A stretch of 64,000 nucleotides of DNA from Octopus bimaculoides (lineage: Eukaryota). Under the pieces are notes generated by a model, which made no database searches, was not told the DNA's origin, and worked only from the letters and a program-made list of their open reading frames with translations. The DNA is taken from the NCBI RefSeq assembly GCF_001194135.2, contig NC_068982.1, positions 121,338,960 to 121,402,959 of the forward strand, in the 5' to 3' direction. A program made the translations under genes and the position numbers. This document shows positions 40,914-53,557 of the stretch, piece by piece. Numbering within the stretch: position 1 is the stretch's first letter; each line of letters begins with the position of its first letter.

Positions 40914-41943
40914 AGTAAACACAGTAATAAACACTAGAAGCACAGAAGTAAACAATTGCCACTTTATAGAGATGTTTTGCAGTATTAATGTTATGAACTG
41001 GATAGGTTTCAGTAGAAAGTTTAAAAGTTTGTTTTTACTTTGAATTCTTTAATTCAGCTGATCCATTTATTTAATCCACTTAAATTGAGATTCTTTTCAC
41101 TTTTCTTTTACTCCTAAATTCATTCAAATCTTATTACTCCATAGACACCATCCTGCTGTATTCCCAGTCTTCCACCACCAATTCCTAAATGGTTTACTCA
41201 CTGAAAAACAGTGAAGCCTAAATTAAAGAAAATTAGTTTCATTTGAATTTTTAATCCTTCCCAGGGTACACTAGGAGATAAATCTGACAGCAGCTGTGTA
41301 TCTTCCCTTTGTTTTCCTACCACCACTAAATCTACCTCTTCCCCTCTAAACTATCAAATTGTGTACCACCCCTACTAAAGCTCATCTTATATACTCACCC
41401 ACCTCTTTACATCCTTACTGTGCCTTACCTTTATTCAGCTTCACTATCATAGATTAAATAATTTTACAAAACCATTCTCCTTAATTTCAATCTTCTGGAG
41501 TATTAGTAAGTAATCTGTTAATAATATGCAGTAATACTATATATACAGTTGAAAATAGTGCACTGATTATTATAAAGGAGTTATATATCTCAGAGAGAGG
41601 AAGAGAGGATGAACATTTTGGTTGATGTATTTATGTTAAATTGAATAATATACTAAATTTGATAAGAATTTGAGGAAGAAGAAAGGAGAAACTTTTCCTG
41701 CTTGTCACATTACCAAAAAATGTTGAAGCTTGTAGCTTAGTACCATACTGTCCAACATTTACCAAAAATTATAATATTGCAGATAGTGCACAAATTTTAA
41801 GAGACAGTCAACTCTCTATACATCTTGACCAACTGATATATGTAAGAGCTTCATCAACAAAAAATACAATTGTACCACGAAAAAACAGTAACATTAAGCA
41901 ACATAATATAATTTGCCTTTTTTCTCCTGAATATAGTAAGAGA

Positions 41944-42273
41944 GTGGAGGCGCAATGGCCCAGTGGTTAGGGTAGCGGACTTGCGGTCATAGGATCGCAG
42001 TTTTGATTCCCAGACTGGGCGTTGTGAGTGTTTTTTGAGCAAAAACACCTAAAGCTCCACAAGGCTCTGGCAGAGGATGGTGGCGAACCCTGCTGTACTC
42101 TTTCACCACAACTTTCTCTCACTCTTACTTCCTGTTTCTGTTGTGCCTGTAATTCAAAGGACCAGCCTTATCACTCTGTGTCGCCACTTGCACATTAATT
42201 TCATGAGCAGGCTGTTCCGTTGATCGGATCAACTGGAACCCTCGTCGTCATAAGCAACAGAGTGCCAACAACA
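41944..42273 (+). mobile_element. Family G SINE with 11-bp TSD
   Basis: Flanked by ATAGTAAGAGA at 41933-41943 and 42274-42284; tRNA-like head and (CAA)n tail. Confidence 0.9.
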
Positions 42274-43733
42274 ATAGTAAGAGAAGCCATTCATGTCAAA
42301 TATACACTGTAATCATTATAACCATAACCCCATACATGTCCTTTTTGCACATAGTTATAAACCCATCCAAATCACACCTACTACTTTAACTGTGTAGTCA
42401 TAGACCCATTCATGTCAGAAATACAACCTTCACTCATTCAGTCATAAAGTATTAGCGATAGCATCTTTGCCCAGGTTGTTGTATAACTACAATAGAGTAA
42501 CTGAGTAATATTATATAAAAATTGAGACAATATAGATAAATGTGAGATAGATTCTTAATACATGGTGGTAGATAAATCATGGGAATATGGTGGTTTGTGT
42601 CTAAATGGGGAGTAGTTAGAGGTTTTGTCTGAAGAAGAAGTAGCTACTAAATTGTTTCCACAAAGAGTAGTGATTATGTATCTCTTATGTTTATCCAAAC
42701 TAGTTGCAATGATAGGGAAGGAGCCTCTGTTTTTTGGGTAGGAATGAGGATATTTTTCATACCTGGAGTAAAGTACAAGAGTACAAAAACTTGTAGGTGT
42801 GAGGCCCATATGCCCTACAGTCATAGGTTGTTATTCACTTGGAACAAAAATGAACATTTAATTTGACAAATTCATGGGTATGTAACATATTAGATTACTG
42901 TTTTGATCTGAAGGGTGAGGGTGCATGGCCAAGCAGTTTGGGTGTTATACTGACAATTGCAAGATCATAGTTTCAATTCCTGAACCAGGTGGTGCATTGG
43001 GCTCTTGAGCAAAACACTTCATTTCATGTTGCTCCAGTCCACTCAGCTGTAAATTTGTAACCCTGCAATAGGGTGGTGTCTCGTGCAGGGAGAATATTGC
43101 AGTTTCAGTCACTTAAATACCATGGAAACTAGACAACCAATCTTTTGAGTCCTAGGACTTGAGACAGTAATGTAATGATTGGTCTTAAGGATTAAACTGC
43201 TCTTTTATCCAGTGAATTTTTAGAAACTTCATTAGTGAGTGATGACAAATTTATATATGGCTGAAAGATTTCTCTATTAGCTTTAAATAGAATTTCTATT
43301 TCCTGTAAATCATATCTTGCCATTTTAAAAATGAAAAGGATACTTCAGATAATGTAGTCGTAGATGCTTCTAAAAAGATGAGACGGTCATGGCTGGACTA
43401 CCTTTGATCAGGATCTGCTCGACCAGGATTGACGTGGGATTACGCAACAGCAACCAGGTTTGTCTAAACAAGAGTTTCATCTAAAAAGAAAATGACAGCA
43501 GGTTTTAATTAATTAAGGAGGGGCCAGCAACTTTATTTCGGTAAATTAATCTTTTAACTCTTGACAGATCACAGAACATACGTTGAACTGTTATTAGAAG
43601 AAATTTTGATTTTTCATTCAACATTGTTGATGTTCTTCATTTCCTGTTTATTTAAAATAAAATTCATTAAAATAATAATGATGATGATGATGATGATGAT
43701 GGTGGTAGTGGTAATTTGTGATTAATAATGATG

Positions 43734-43775
<42 letters not shown>

Positions 43776-44329
43776 GTAATTAGGAAAAGAAAGAGGTGAA
43801 GGAGAAACTGAAATACATTAGATTTTACTGGAACTTTCTACTGTTGCTGCCAAATACTGTTGAAAGTTGTCAGTAAACAGCTGCAAAAAGTGTCACAATA
43901 GTTTAGGAAAAAAAAAACAACAACAAAAACACATGACAAATCAAAACACAACAGCAGTATTATTAACATGATTAAAAAATTGTTATCAAAGGGAGAAATA
44001 TTAAATACAGAATGATGGGATGGTTGTTGGTGCTGGTGCTTGTGGTGGAGTTGGTTAACATTGGTGGGGTGTGATGGGGAAATATTGAATAAGATTTTTC
44101 TCGCTGATAAGGGTTTCTTAGCTTCAACTGTTGACTTCTGATGGAGAGTCTATTTATCACAAGAAATATTGTCAGGTCATCTTTATCAGTTCATAAATTA
44201 TCTAATTTACAAAATATTTGGGCATGATCTTCTCAATAACAAATGATTTCATCATCAAACAATAATAAATAATAAAAAAAAATTTCATCTTTGAAACAAC
44301 AAACAATGTTTTCCTCATTGTTGCAGATG

Positions 44330-44630
44330 GAATATTGGAGCCCCTTAATACAAATATCTGTATTTGGCAGAATATTACGAGGGCCCTTAATACAAATAAA
44401 TGAATTTAGCAGAATATTGAGGCCCTTTGATATAAATATATATATTTGACAGAACATTGTAGGTCCCTGAATAAAAATATCTGTATCTGACAGAATGTTT
44501 AGCTCCTTTAATACAAATAAATAAGTGTCTGTGTCTGTGACAGAATATTTTGAAGCTCCTTAATATAAATAGCTATTGTTGACAAAAATTTTTAATACAA
44601 ATACATATCGTGACAGAATATTGAGACAAT
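44330..44630. repeat. Degenerate minisatellite, about 40-bp unit, about 7 copies
   Basis: Unit approximates gaatattgaggcccttaatacaaatatctgtatttgaca. Confidence 0.75.
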
Positions 44631-45896
44631 GTCTAAATTTATGAGATGTATTATTGCTGCTGGAGTAATAGCGTAATAATATGCTTCATCATATCATCTA
44701 TCAACATCTTTGTCCTTATCTTCATGTCTGCCTTCCATGCAGGCATGAATTTTAATTGGTCCTCTTAATCACACTCAGTTCTTCACTGTTATTGCTCACT
44801 TCGATGGATTGGTGGACCACATCTTGCTCATCCTTTACATTTTTCGGCATAGATTCCACATCTGGATACTTTTCCTAACACCAACCATTTTATAGAGTGT
44901 ATTGGATACACTTTATCATACCAACACTAGAGTATTTTATCATGGCACAACACATATCAATAATTGACACTCCATTGGTTACAGCAACAAGGATTCCACT
45001 TGATCTGATCAACAGAACAATCTACTCATGAAATTAACATGCAAGTGGTGGAGCACTCCACAAACCTGTGTACACTGAAAATATAGTTCTCAAGGAGATT
45101 TGGTGTGACACAGGTATGACAAAGCTGGCTCTTTGAAATACAGGTACTACTTATTTTTGCCAGCTGAGTGGACTGGAGGAATGTGAAATAAAGTGTCTTG
45201 CTCAAGGATATCAGGAATTAAACTCACAACCTTATGATTATGAGCTGAATACCCTCACCACTAAGCAACACACATAAACTCAGTACATGTGTGTGTGTGT
45301 GTGCACCACCCAGCCCTAGCTCGTGTTCAGTTTAAAACTTGTAAGATTAGTGGTGCAGTGGGAATTAAAAAAACAGGCAATGCTTAGATGATTTACAGAT
45401 GGATGTAATTCTGGAGAGATTATGTCAAAGGATTGGATGACAAATAACTGATACTATTGATATGGAACTGATAATCTACTTTTCATACACAAACACACAT
45501 GCATATAAACACATACACTCATTGAGTATTTTACCCCATTTTCAAAATTTATACAGAACGATTATCAACTTTTGTATTGTAAAACAACAGGTGTTATACA
45601 GGTGTTACCAACAATATTGTACTATCACTGTCGCTAGGTATCACTAGTGTGACCTAGCAATAGGTATCACTAGTAATATTCTAATCCTAACAGCAGGTAT
45701 CACTTGTTATGCTATAACACAACAACAGATATCACTAGCTGCATAGTAGCCTAACAACAGGTGACACTAATTATTAGGTTAATATACAACTAGTGACTAG
45801 TGTTAGGTTGCAATACAACTAATGACACCTGTTGTTAGGCTACAGTACTACTCGTGATACTTGTTGTTTTATAATACAAAGTATATATAATTGTTC

Positions 45897-46310
45897 GGAG
45901 GCGTGACTGTGTGGTAAGGAACTTGCTTACCAACCACATGGTTCTGGGTTCAGTCCTACTGCATGGCACCTTGGGCAAGTGTCTTCTACTATAGCCTTGG
46001 GCCAACCAAAGTCTTGTGAGTGGATTTGGTAGACAGAAACTGAAAGAAGCCTGTTGTATATATGTATATATTTATGTGTGTGAGTCTGTGACTGTGTTTG
46101 TCCCCCCCCCCCCACCATCGCTTGACAACCTATGTTGGTGTGTTTACATCCACATTACTTCGCAGTTTGGCAAAAAAGACTGATAGAATAAGTACTAGGC
46201 TTACAAAGAATAAGTCCTGATGTTGATTTCTTCGACTGAAACTTTTCAAGGCAGTGCTGCAGCATGGCCACGGTCAAATGACTGAAACAAGTAAAAGAAA
46301 AGAAAAAAGA
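45897..46310 (+). mobile_element. Family B SINE, full length
   Basis: Matches 22320-22770 throughout. Confidence 0.85.
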
Positions 46311-47945
46311 AAACTTTGAAAATGTAAAAAAAAACCCCAGTTAATATGCATATCTGTATATATATAGATATATACGAATGTATGTGTGCTTGTAAAAAGT
46401 TGATCATCAATTTCATGTTATCAATATCAGTTTCATATTAAAATGTGAAGTAGACTCTGTGTGTATGTGTGTGTGTGCATGTATTGAAGAGATTGCAAGA
46501 TATTAAGAAATTAGAAATTAGAGGTCAAATGTTTACATAAATAATACTGACATTTTCTGTGGCCCGTTAATTTAGTTCACACCTCTGTACTGGTGGTATT
46601 TTATTATTTTCATGGTAGCTATAGAATGCTGACAGTATTGTTTGTTATTTCTGTTTCAGTGCATAATGCTGATGGTAGTTTATTATTTTTGTGATTACTG
46701 TAGAATGCTGGCAGTGTTTCAGTGATGACAGCTGCTGTATTTCTAAAATTCTTTCATCTATTATTGGAATTTCTCCAAGGTGGTATGGCTGGAAACTAAA
46801 GGAGAGAGAGAGACCTTTTGGAGACAAATGAATTAAAGACCACCATTTCAGCTTCTCTTATCTCACATATTGACACATCAAGTCACAGACTTTCTATTCC
46901 ACTACAGTTGTTATATTAGATCTTCAGGGATGACTCATACTTTCTCTTATAATGTTGCAGAAGCAAGTCCTAGGAGAATCTAAATCTTTGGTGGCTGTTA
47001 AGCACAAGTCATTTCTGATTCAGCAGACTTATGAGACATTACATTCCAGAAATGACCATCCAGTCTGTTTTGGAGGCTACAAATTGGTAGAGTTGTTGGA
47101 TAGAATGTCTTCTGGTATTTATCCCGGTTCTCTGCGTTCTGATTTCAATCCCATCTAGATCAACTTTGTCCTTCATCTTTTCAGGATTGCTACAATGTTT
47201 TTTTCTTCTCTCTGGAAGAAATCAGATGTAGTTGAACCTAGAGAGGATAGACTCTGCTAGGTTTAAATGCTCAAGATAATGCAATATCTTGACTCCTCTG
47301 GAATTTGAAGGTTGAAACCACAGTAAGGGTTGCATTATCTAATTGTCTTTTCTTTATTTAATATGGTATGGTAGGGTGTGATTTGAAGAAGATAAAGTGG
47401 TGGCAATTTTTAGCAAGTTGGTGGACTATGAAGTCAGGTTCATGGTTTGAGCATAGACATATCAATGTTCTATTCAATTACTTCCTAGTGATTAGAAGTC
47501 TTGTGTCTATCTTAGAAAGATATTTTTCCAAGTCAAAATAAAGAGAAAAATTATTCTCCATGTAGTCACTTAATTTGCTAAAAGTAATTAACATATCTTT
47601 CTCAAATAACACTCTCTTGTCTAGGGAAATGGACACATTCAATAATGTATTTCTGGATACACCATTCCTGTAAAAGAGACAAAATGGTCATTGCTAGACT
47701 ACCTTTGGAATTATGCATCTACACAATCAAAACTAACTCGGGGCAAAACAACAATAATAAATATATTTTGCCTTGATTTACTCTTACTAAATAAATTGTA
47801 GAATGTCTGAACATATTAACTTGCCAATACATCAAATACGGTAGGTTATCTTTATAGCAATATAATAATACCAGTTTATTGTGAATTCCTTGAAAACACT
47901 TTTGTTACTAGTAATATATTCAAATTTATTCATATTTGATTTCAG

Positions 47946-48470
47946 GTACAGTAATTCCAAAACACATTCATAAAACACATTCCAGTCACTTAAAACTACT
48001 GAAACTAAAAAGTTCAGATTTTAAAGACCCCACATCATGGCATAACCCTACTATTCTAGATAACGACAGGAATAGCAACCAAGCTTGGATCAGACCTAAC
48101 CTGCAGTCAAATATAGAACAAGTGGCGAAAACAAACTCTCAACAGAGAACACTGCATTTACAAGGGAACGAGGATCAGATTAAAACAGTAGGCAGTTCAT
48201 ATAAACAACGGCAGCCTGAAAGCAAGAACCCTTTAAAGCTGTTTGATGGAGATTGGTCACAAAACAAGAATCACCACAGCGCATATATACTAAGTATTCA
48301 TAGAAATAACAATGAAATCGGTAAAGAGATTCTGCATCCATACAGATCTGGAGACTCAAGTGTGAGTACCCAGAAACAGAATGTTACTTCGAAAAACCCC
48401 AGTGCTGAAAAACATAAACAGAAAGTTGATGAATCAGGATATATTCCAATGCATGATATTTACTTCATCG
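47946..48470 (+). CDS. NPDC1: Large internal coding exon (525 nt, phase 1-1), hydrophilic luminal region ending ...GYIPMHDIYFI
   Basis: Longest non-repeat ORF in the window (47936-48541). Acceptor catatttgatttcag|GT and donor TTCATCG|gtaagt. The terminal DIYFI continues in frame into the TM exon at 61119 (G+CG=Ala). Confidence 0.8.
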
Positions 48471-49880
48471 GTAAGTCCTGTTTAATTTGCTTTATTTTTT
48501 TTTACCACTCATACTTCAAACTCTATTCGCTCACATTCTAATCTCTAGTCACTTACTCACCATTGTTTAGCCATTCATACACCAATCACTAGCCAACTAC
48601 ATTCCCACTTCCAGCCACTCATACTCCAACCTCTTGCCACTCATACTCTAACCTTTAGCCACTCACTCACCAATATACTTCAACCTTTATCTCACAGGAC
48701 ATACTGTCTTGTTACTATTATATATTCTACCACTACTACTACATCCTCTGCTCCTCAAAATTAGTTACATATCATCCACATTTGCCCAAGGTATCATGCA
48801 ATGGGACTGAAACCATGGTTGAGAAGTAAGCTTCTGAATCACACAGCCACACCTGCAATTTACAATTGCTATATTCATCATATTCAGAAAAGTTATTCAC
48901 TTGCATGCTAATAATTGAAAATATATGAATTTAAAGCATTATACAACCCATTCAGTCATAAAAAGTATATATGTGGTTGTATTTAGGAAGAAAAAGCAAA
49001 TATTCATTCAAATATTGATTACAAAGAACAAAGCAAAAAGATAAACAAGCAAACTAAAATACAGAAAAAAGAAATTAATAATTGTGATGGAAATGTTGTC
49101 AGTTGATTTGTATAGGTGAATGCAAAGCTTTTTATTTTATTTTTTTAACACTTTAAAACCAGAATCCAGATTTTGGTTCTTCCATCGTTGTTCACTGTAG
49201 AAAGTGCTTCATAAATCTCTTTCATTGTTGGCAGTGAATCGTTGTGATTTAGTCAACAATATACTTGTAGTGTTCACCTGTTTAATCAATAAGGTTATCT
49301 ATCTCTAATAGTTACATTCACTAATAACTTACTGATTCAGACACTTTCTATATAGCTTACTTTCAAAAGCATCCTTCATTTTTTTGTTTCTTTCCTATTT
49401 TCTTAATATTATTTCAGTGTTGTTTTATATTTTGTATTTTGCTACTCCACTATTTGAATTCTGTAAAAGATTTCAACCCACCACACTACCTACTTTCACC
49501 CATCACTTTATAATCAGTCATTTTTACTTCATCTATGTGTTTTCTGCTTGAATGTGACTGAGATAGACAGTACTTAGAACATTCAAACAGTTTCCATATA
49601 AACAGCACCTCGCTTTGTAAATCCTTTATACATGTCATTCAAAATCTTATTCTTCTCTTTACTGTTTTATATTGAAAATGTGAGGAGAAATAAATGAAAA
49701 CAAGATGAACAAAAAAAAAAAAGAAAAAAAGAAATCACCCAAAACAGCAATGATTGATGGTAGCAGCACATTATTGAACACTATTATAGCATCATTCTAA
49801 AATCACTTACCTCCCATCTAATCAAGACCAGCAGACACATTCATACACACTCAAATACACAGGCACCTACATACATACAT

Positions 49881-49913
<33 letters not shown>

Positions 49914-52656
49914 TACATACATACATACATACATACCTGCATGCATGCATGCATGCACTTACGTAAACAGTGGGTAAATTGTACTTCATATTACTGTCTC
50001 TAGGCTAGAGAGAACTAAGTACAGATTAATTGTAGAATGATAGAGTATTCTGGAATTTGGAAAGCCCAATGCTTCACAGTGACCTATGATTTTATCCCTC
50101 ATTATGACCTGTGGTTTCATTCTTGATGGGAACATCATTATCGTCATCATACATCCCGTTTCCATACTGGCTTTGGTCCTTAGAGTCTGAGTCAGCACTT
50201 GTGCAGAGTTACTGCCTTCCATGACAGTTCAGAAGATCACATCTTATTCATAAGTTTCATGTTTGGTTTTGTTTGCCTTTCGTATCACCAACCTTTTATG
50301 CAGAGCATGCTGGGTATACTTTATCATGACTCCAGCACTAGAGAGGTTGTAAGTTCTTGATAAGACTATGGGATCTTTGCTTGTTGGCTAACGATAGTAC
50401 GCTTCTTGATGTGATCATTCACTCAAAGCAGCATGAAAAAGAAGGAAAGTGAATGAAAGTGAGAGCTGTAGCCAAAGAAAGATCCTGGTTGGGTGGGTGA
50501 AGAGAGTAAGAGTTTGACAGCATAGAGAGGGTGATTGAGTTGAAATGGTGATAGATGGAGAGAAAGAGTGATGAATATTGGGAGTGAACACTGATGGATG
50601 CTGATAACAGTTGGCCCAGGTGAAAAAGGGTGATGGTAGAGTATATCAAATACAAGCAGTATTTGTAATCTTTTATTCATAGGCCTCACAAAGAGGGAAG
50701 GAGTGAGAATGGTAAGGATGAAAGAAAAGAGTAGAGGAAGAATGAAATATGAGTTGACTCAGAACCACCCCTCATTACACAGACAACAGAAGAGAGAATG
50801 TTAGAGAGATGAGAGGGTCAGACATGAGAGAGCCTTATTTTTCATCAGCTGGATAGTATAATGAATGGAAAAGAGGATGAGCAGTGAAAACATGAGTGAT
50901 GAAGAGAGGAGTCTTAGAGAGGTGAGAGAGTGACATAGGAGAGTGATGTAGAAATGACAGTGACCATGTGTGTCTGTGTGTATGTAAGCAGTGCTCTAGC
51001 ATGGTTATATATGTAAACAAATAAAAGAATATATTTTGCAGTTGTATTTGTTTGATAAGTGACTTGATCTAAGGTTGTTATTAAAAACGCACACACACAC
51101 CGTGTAAAAGACACACATACATACAGCTATATTCATTTTCATTGTCTCAGTAGTATTACATGTTAAACGCATCAAAAAATAGTCATACATTTAAGACCTG
51201 ATCACTGATACAATTCCATTGTATGTCACGCAACAGAATTGTGTTAGCTACCAGATCATTGAGGTACACCAAAATATTTGAACATTTTATAGTATACAAT
51301 ACTATCAAAATATCAAATAGAAATTTATCTAATAGTGTATAACTCTTATCTTTTACTTGTTTCAGTCGCTGGACTGCAGCCATATAGTGATACCACCTTG
51401 GAGGGTTTAGTCAAACAAAACCCCAGTACTTACTTTAAGTCTGTTCCGTATTCTGTCTCTCTTTTGCAGAACTGTTAAGTTACAGGGACATAAACAAACC
51501 AACACTTGTTGTCAAGTGGAATGAGGAAGAAGTACAATGACACGCAGATATTTATATAGACAACAAGCTTCCATTTATATTCCATTGACCAAATTCTCTC
51601 ACAAAGCATAGGTTGGCCTAGGGCTTTAATAGATGATACTTGCCCAAGGTGCTGTGTGTGGAGGTACTTTTTAAATGTTCTATATATGCACTAATTCCTT
51701 GCATTATGGCAGGGTTGTGTGCCTGAAAGCTTTGTTGTAACATAAAATTCTTTCACACTAAGCTATTTTCTCTTAGATTTCCATGTTACAAATTGAGATG
51801 TGTTTCTTCTGAATTTTTTAAGAAGATATAGGAAATAGTATGACTACTTTTATGTCTGAAAATAATGATTTTTAACTGTAAACAGCACAGTATACATACA
51901 AACATTTCCATAGAAATGCATTTGGGGAATAAATGAGAATAAACTTTTATCTTTCGCTTGAATGCTCACCATGTTTATCAGCACATTACATCCAGTTTGA
52001 TTGTTGAACCACACACTTTCATACAGAGCATCACATCTGATCTGTGGAAAACAGCATCTGGGCAGTGGAGTATAGCTGCTTCAGCACTTCACCCAATTTT
52101 GTCTTTGTTGTCATGCATTGTTTCCACTGTAAGCGTTGCAATATGGTTGAAATATCCTCCCACATCAAACCTTGGTAAAACAACAAGTTTAATGTCCAAC
52201 ATTATCCTTTACGTAATTCTTATAGCGTTAACAAGAAATCTACATAAAGGTGGTGATAAACAAGAAATTATAACTGCCACAGCAATAAACAAGAAATCCA
52301 CACAGTGATAGCAATAGAGAAGAAATCCTCACAGTCACAGCTAAAACAAGAAACCTGTACAGTGCGGCATTACTTGGTGCAGGCAAGGCTGTGTAGTTAA
52401 GACGTTCTGCTTTCCAACTATGTGGTTTCAGGTTCAGTCCCACTTTGTAGTTTTTTGGGAAAGTATCTTTTACTATAGCCCAAAATCTTTGTGAGTGGAT
52501 TTGGTAGACAGAAACTGAAATAACCCCATCATAGATGTGTATGTGTGTGTGTGTGTACATACGTATGTATTTATGTATGCATACATGTATGTGTTTGTGT
52601 GTGTGCATGCGCACCTATGAATTGTGTGTGTACATACATATGTATTTATATATATA

Positions 52657-52926
52657 TGTGAAAGACTGGAAATGAAAGACATTGTTTGCGTGACAGTGAG
52701 AACTCCATTACAATTACTGGATGATGTCAAGGCAAGGTGACACAAAAATCCATGCACACACACATGCACATATACAAATACATATATAAATATATATATA
52801 TGTATTTGTATATGTGCATGTGTGTGTGCATGGATTTTTGTGTCACCTTGCCTTGACATCATCCAGTAATTGTAATGGAGTTCTCACTGTCACGCAAACA
52901 ATGTCTTTCATTTCCAGTCTTTCACA
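52657..52926. repeat. 270-bp near-perfect palindrome centred on (TA)n
   Basis: Arms are exact reverse complements by eye; the only mismatch pair is in the central TA tract (centre 52791/52792). Confidence 0.9.
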
Positions 52927-53275
52927 GAAAGGTATCTGATTTTGGGGAAATATCACCTTGCTTGGTAACAGGAGGAACATCAGTCCATAGTAAACTAGTA
53001 AATCTGCTTCAGCAAATTCTATCTGATTAAAACAAACATAGAAAAGTTGTACATTAAAATGATGATGTTGATATCTGCATACATACATACAAATCTGTAA
53101 AACTTTCCAGAATTAAAGATCGTTTGCCAACATATCATGGCAGTCCTGGTTTAGGATGAATGTTGCTGTAATTTAGCCCCAGGAGACATAGTCTCTAGCT
53201 GGCTATATGACATGATCTGTGTCCTTATATTTTCAAACAACAGAATCTAGCACCCCCACTCAGCTCAAAGCAATA

Positions 53276-53320
53276 TCTGTGTATCGTAATTTCTGGGTTA
53301 TTTCCCTTCATCAGCACAGA
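53276..53320 (-). ncRNA. Type I minimal hammerhead ribozyme
   Basis: Minus strand reads TCTGTG CTGATGA A-GGG-aaataa-CCC-A GAAA TTACG ATA CACAGA. It has a 6-bp stem I and an AUA triplet; the 10.1/11.1 pair is non-canonical. Confidence 0.7.
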
Positions 53321-53512
53321 ATAATTGTTCGGCTATAGGTGGCGCTGCCAAATTCCCGTTCAAAATATATACTTTTCAAAGTGACAACTAGTCACTGATC
53401 TTATAAATTAGGAAATTACTATTTTTAAATCTCACAACGAGAGATATTCAACAACAGTACTTTGGAGTAAAGATTGTTTGCCAACATAACATGTCTCTAG
53501 CCGAACAATTAT

Positions 53513-53557
53513 TCTGTGCTGATGAAGAGAAATAACCCGGAAATTGTGATATGCAGA
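53513..53557 (+). ncRNA. Type I minimal hammerhead ribozyme (second, slightly decayed copy)
   Basis: TCTGTG CTGATGA AGAG-aaataa-CCCG GAAA TTGTG ATA TGCAGA. Stem II is weakened. Confidence 0.6.

Noticed and set aside
44327-44450. Acceptor-like ttgttgcag followed by ATG
   Set aside because: The downstream sequence is the 40-bp minisatellite, which hits a stop in the required phase and has no donor.
44330-44630. CRISPR-like repeat array
   Set aside because: Degenerate adjacent units without unique spacers, a eukaryotic context and no cas genes.
50410-50960. Possible CR1/L2 endonuclease remnant on the minus strand (also the C/T-rich 16500-17100)
   Set aside because: Only compositional resemblance; no diagnostic motif could be read confidently.
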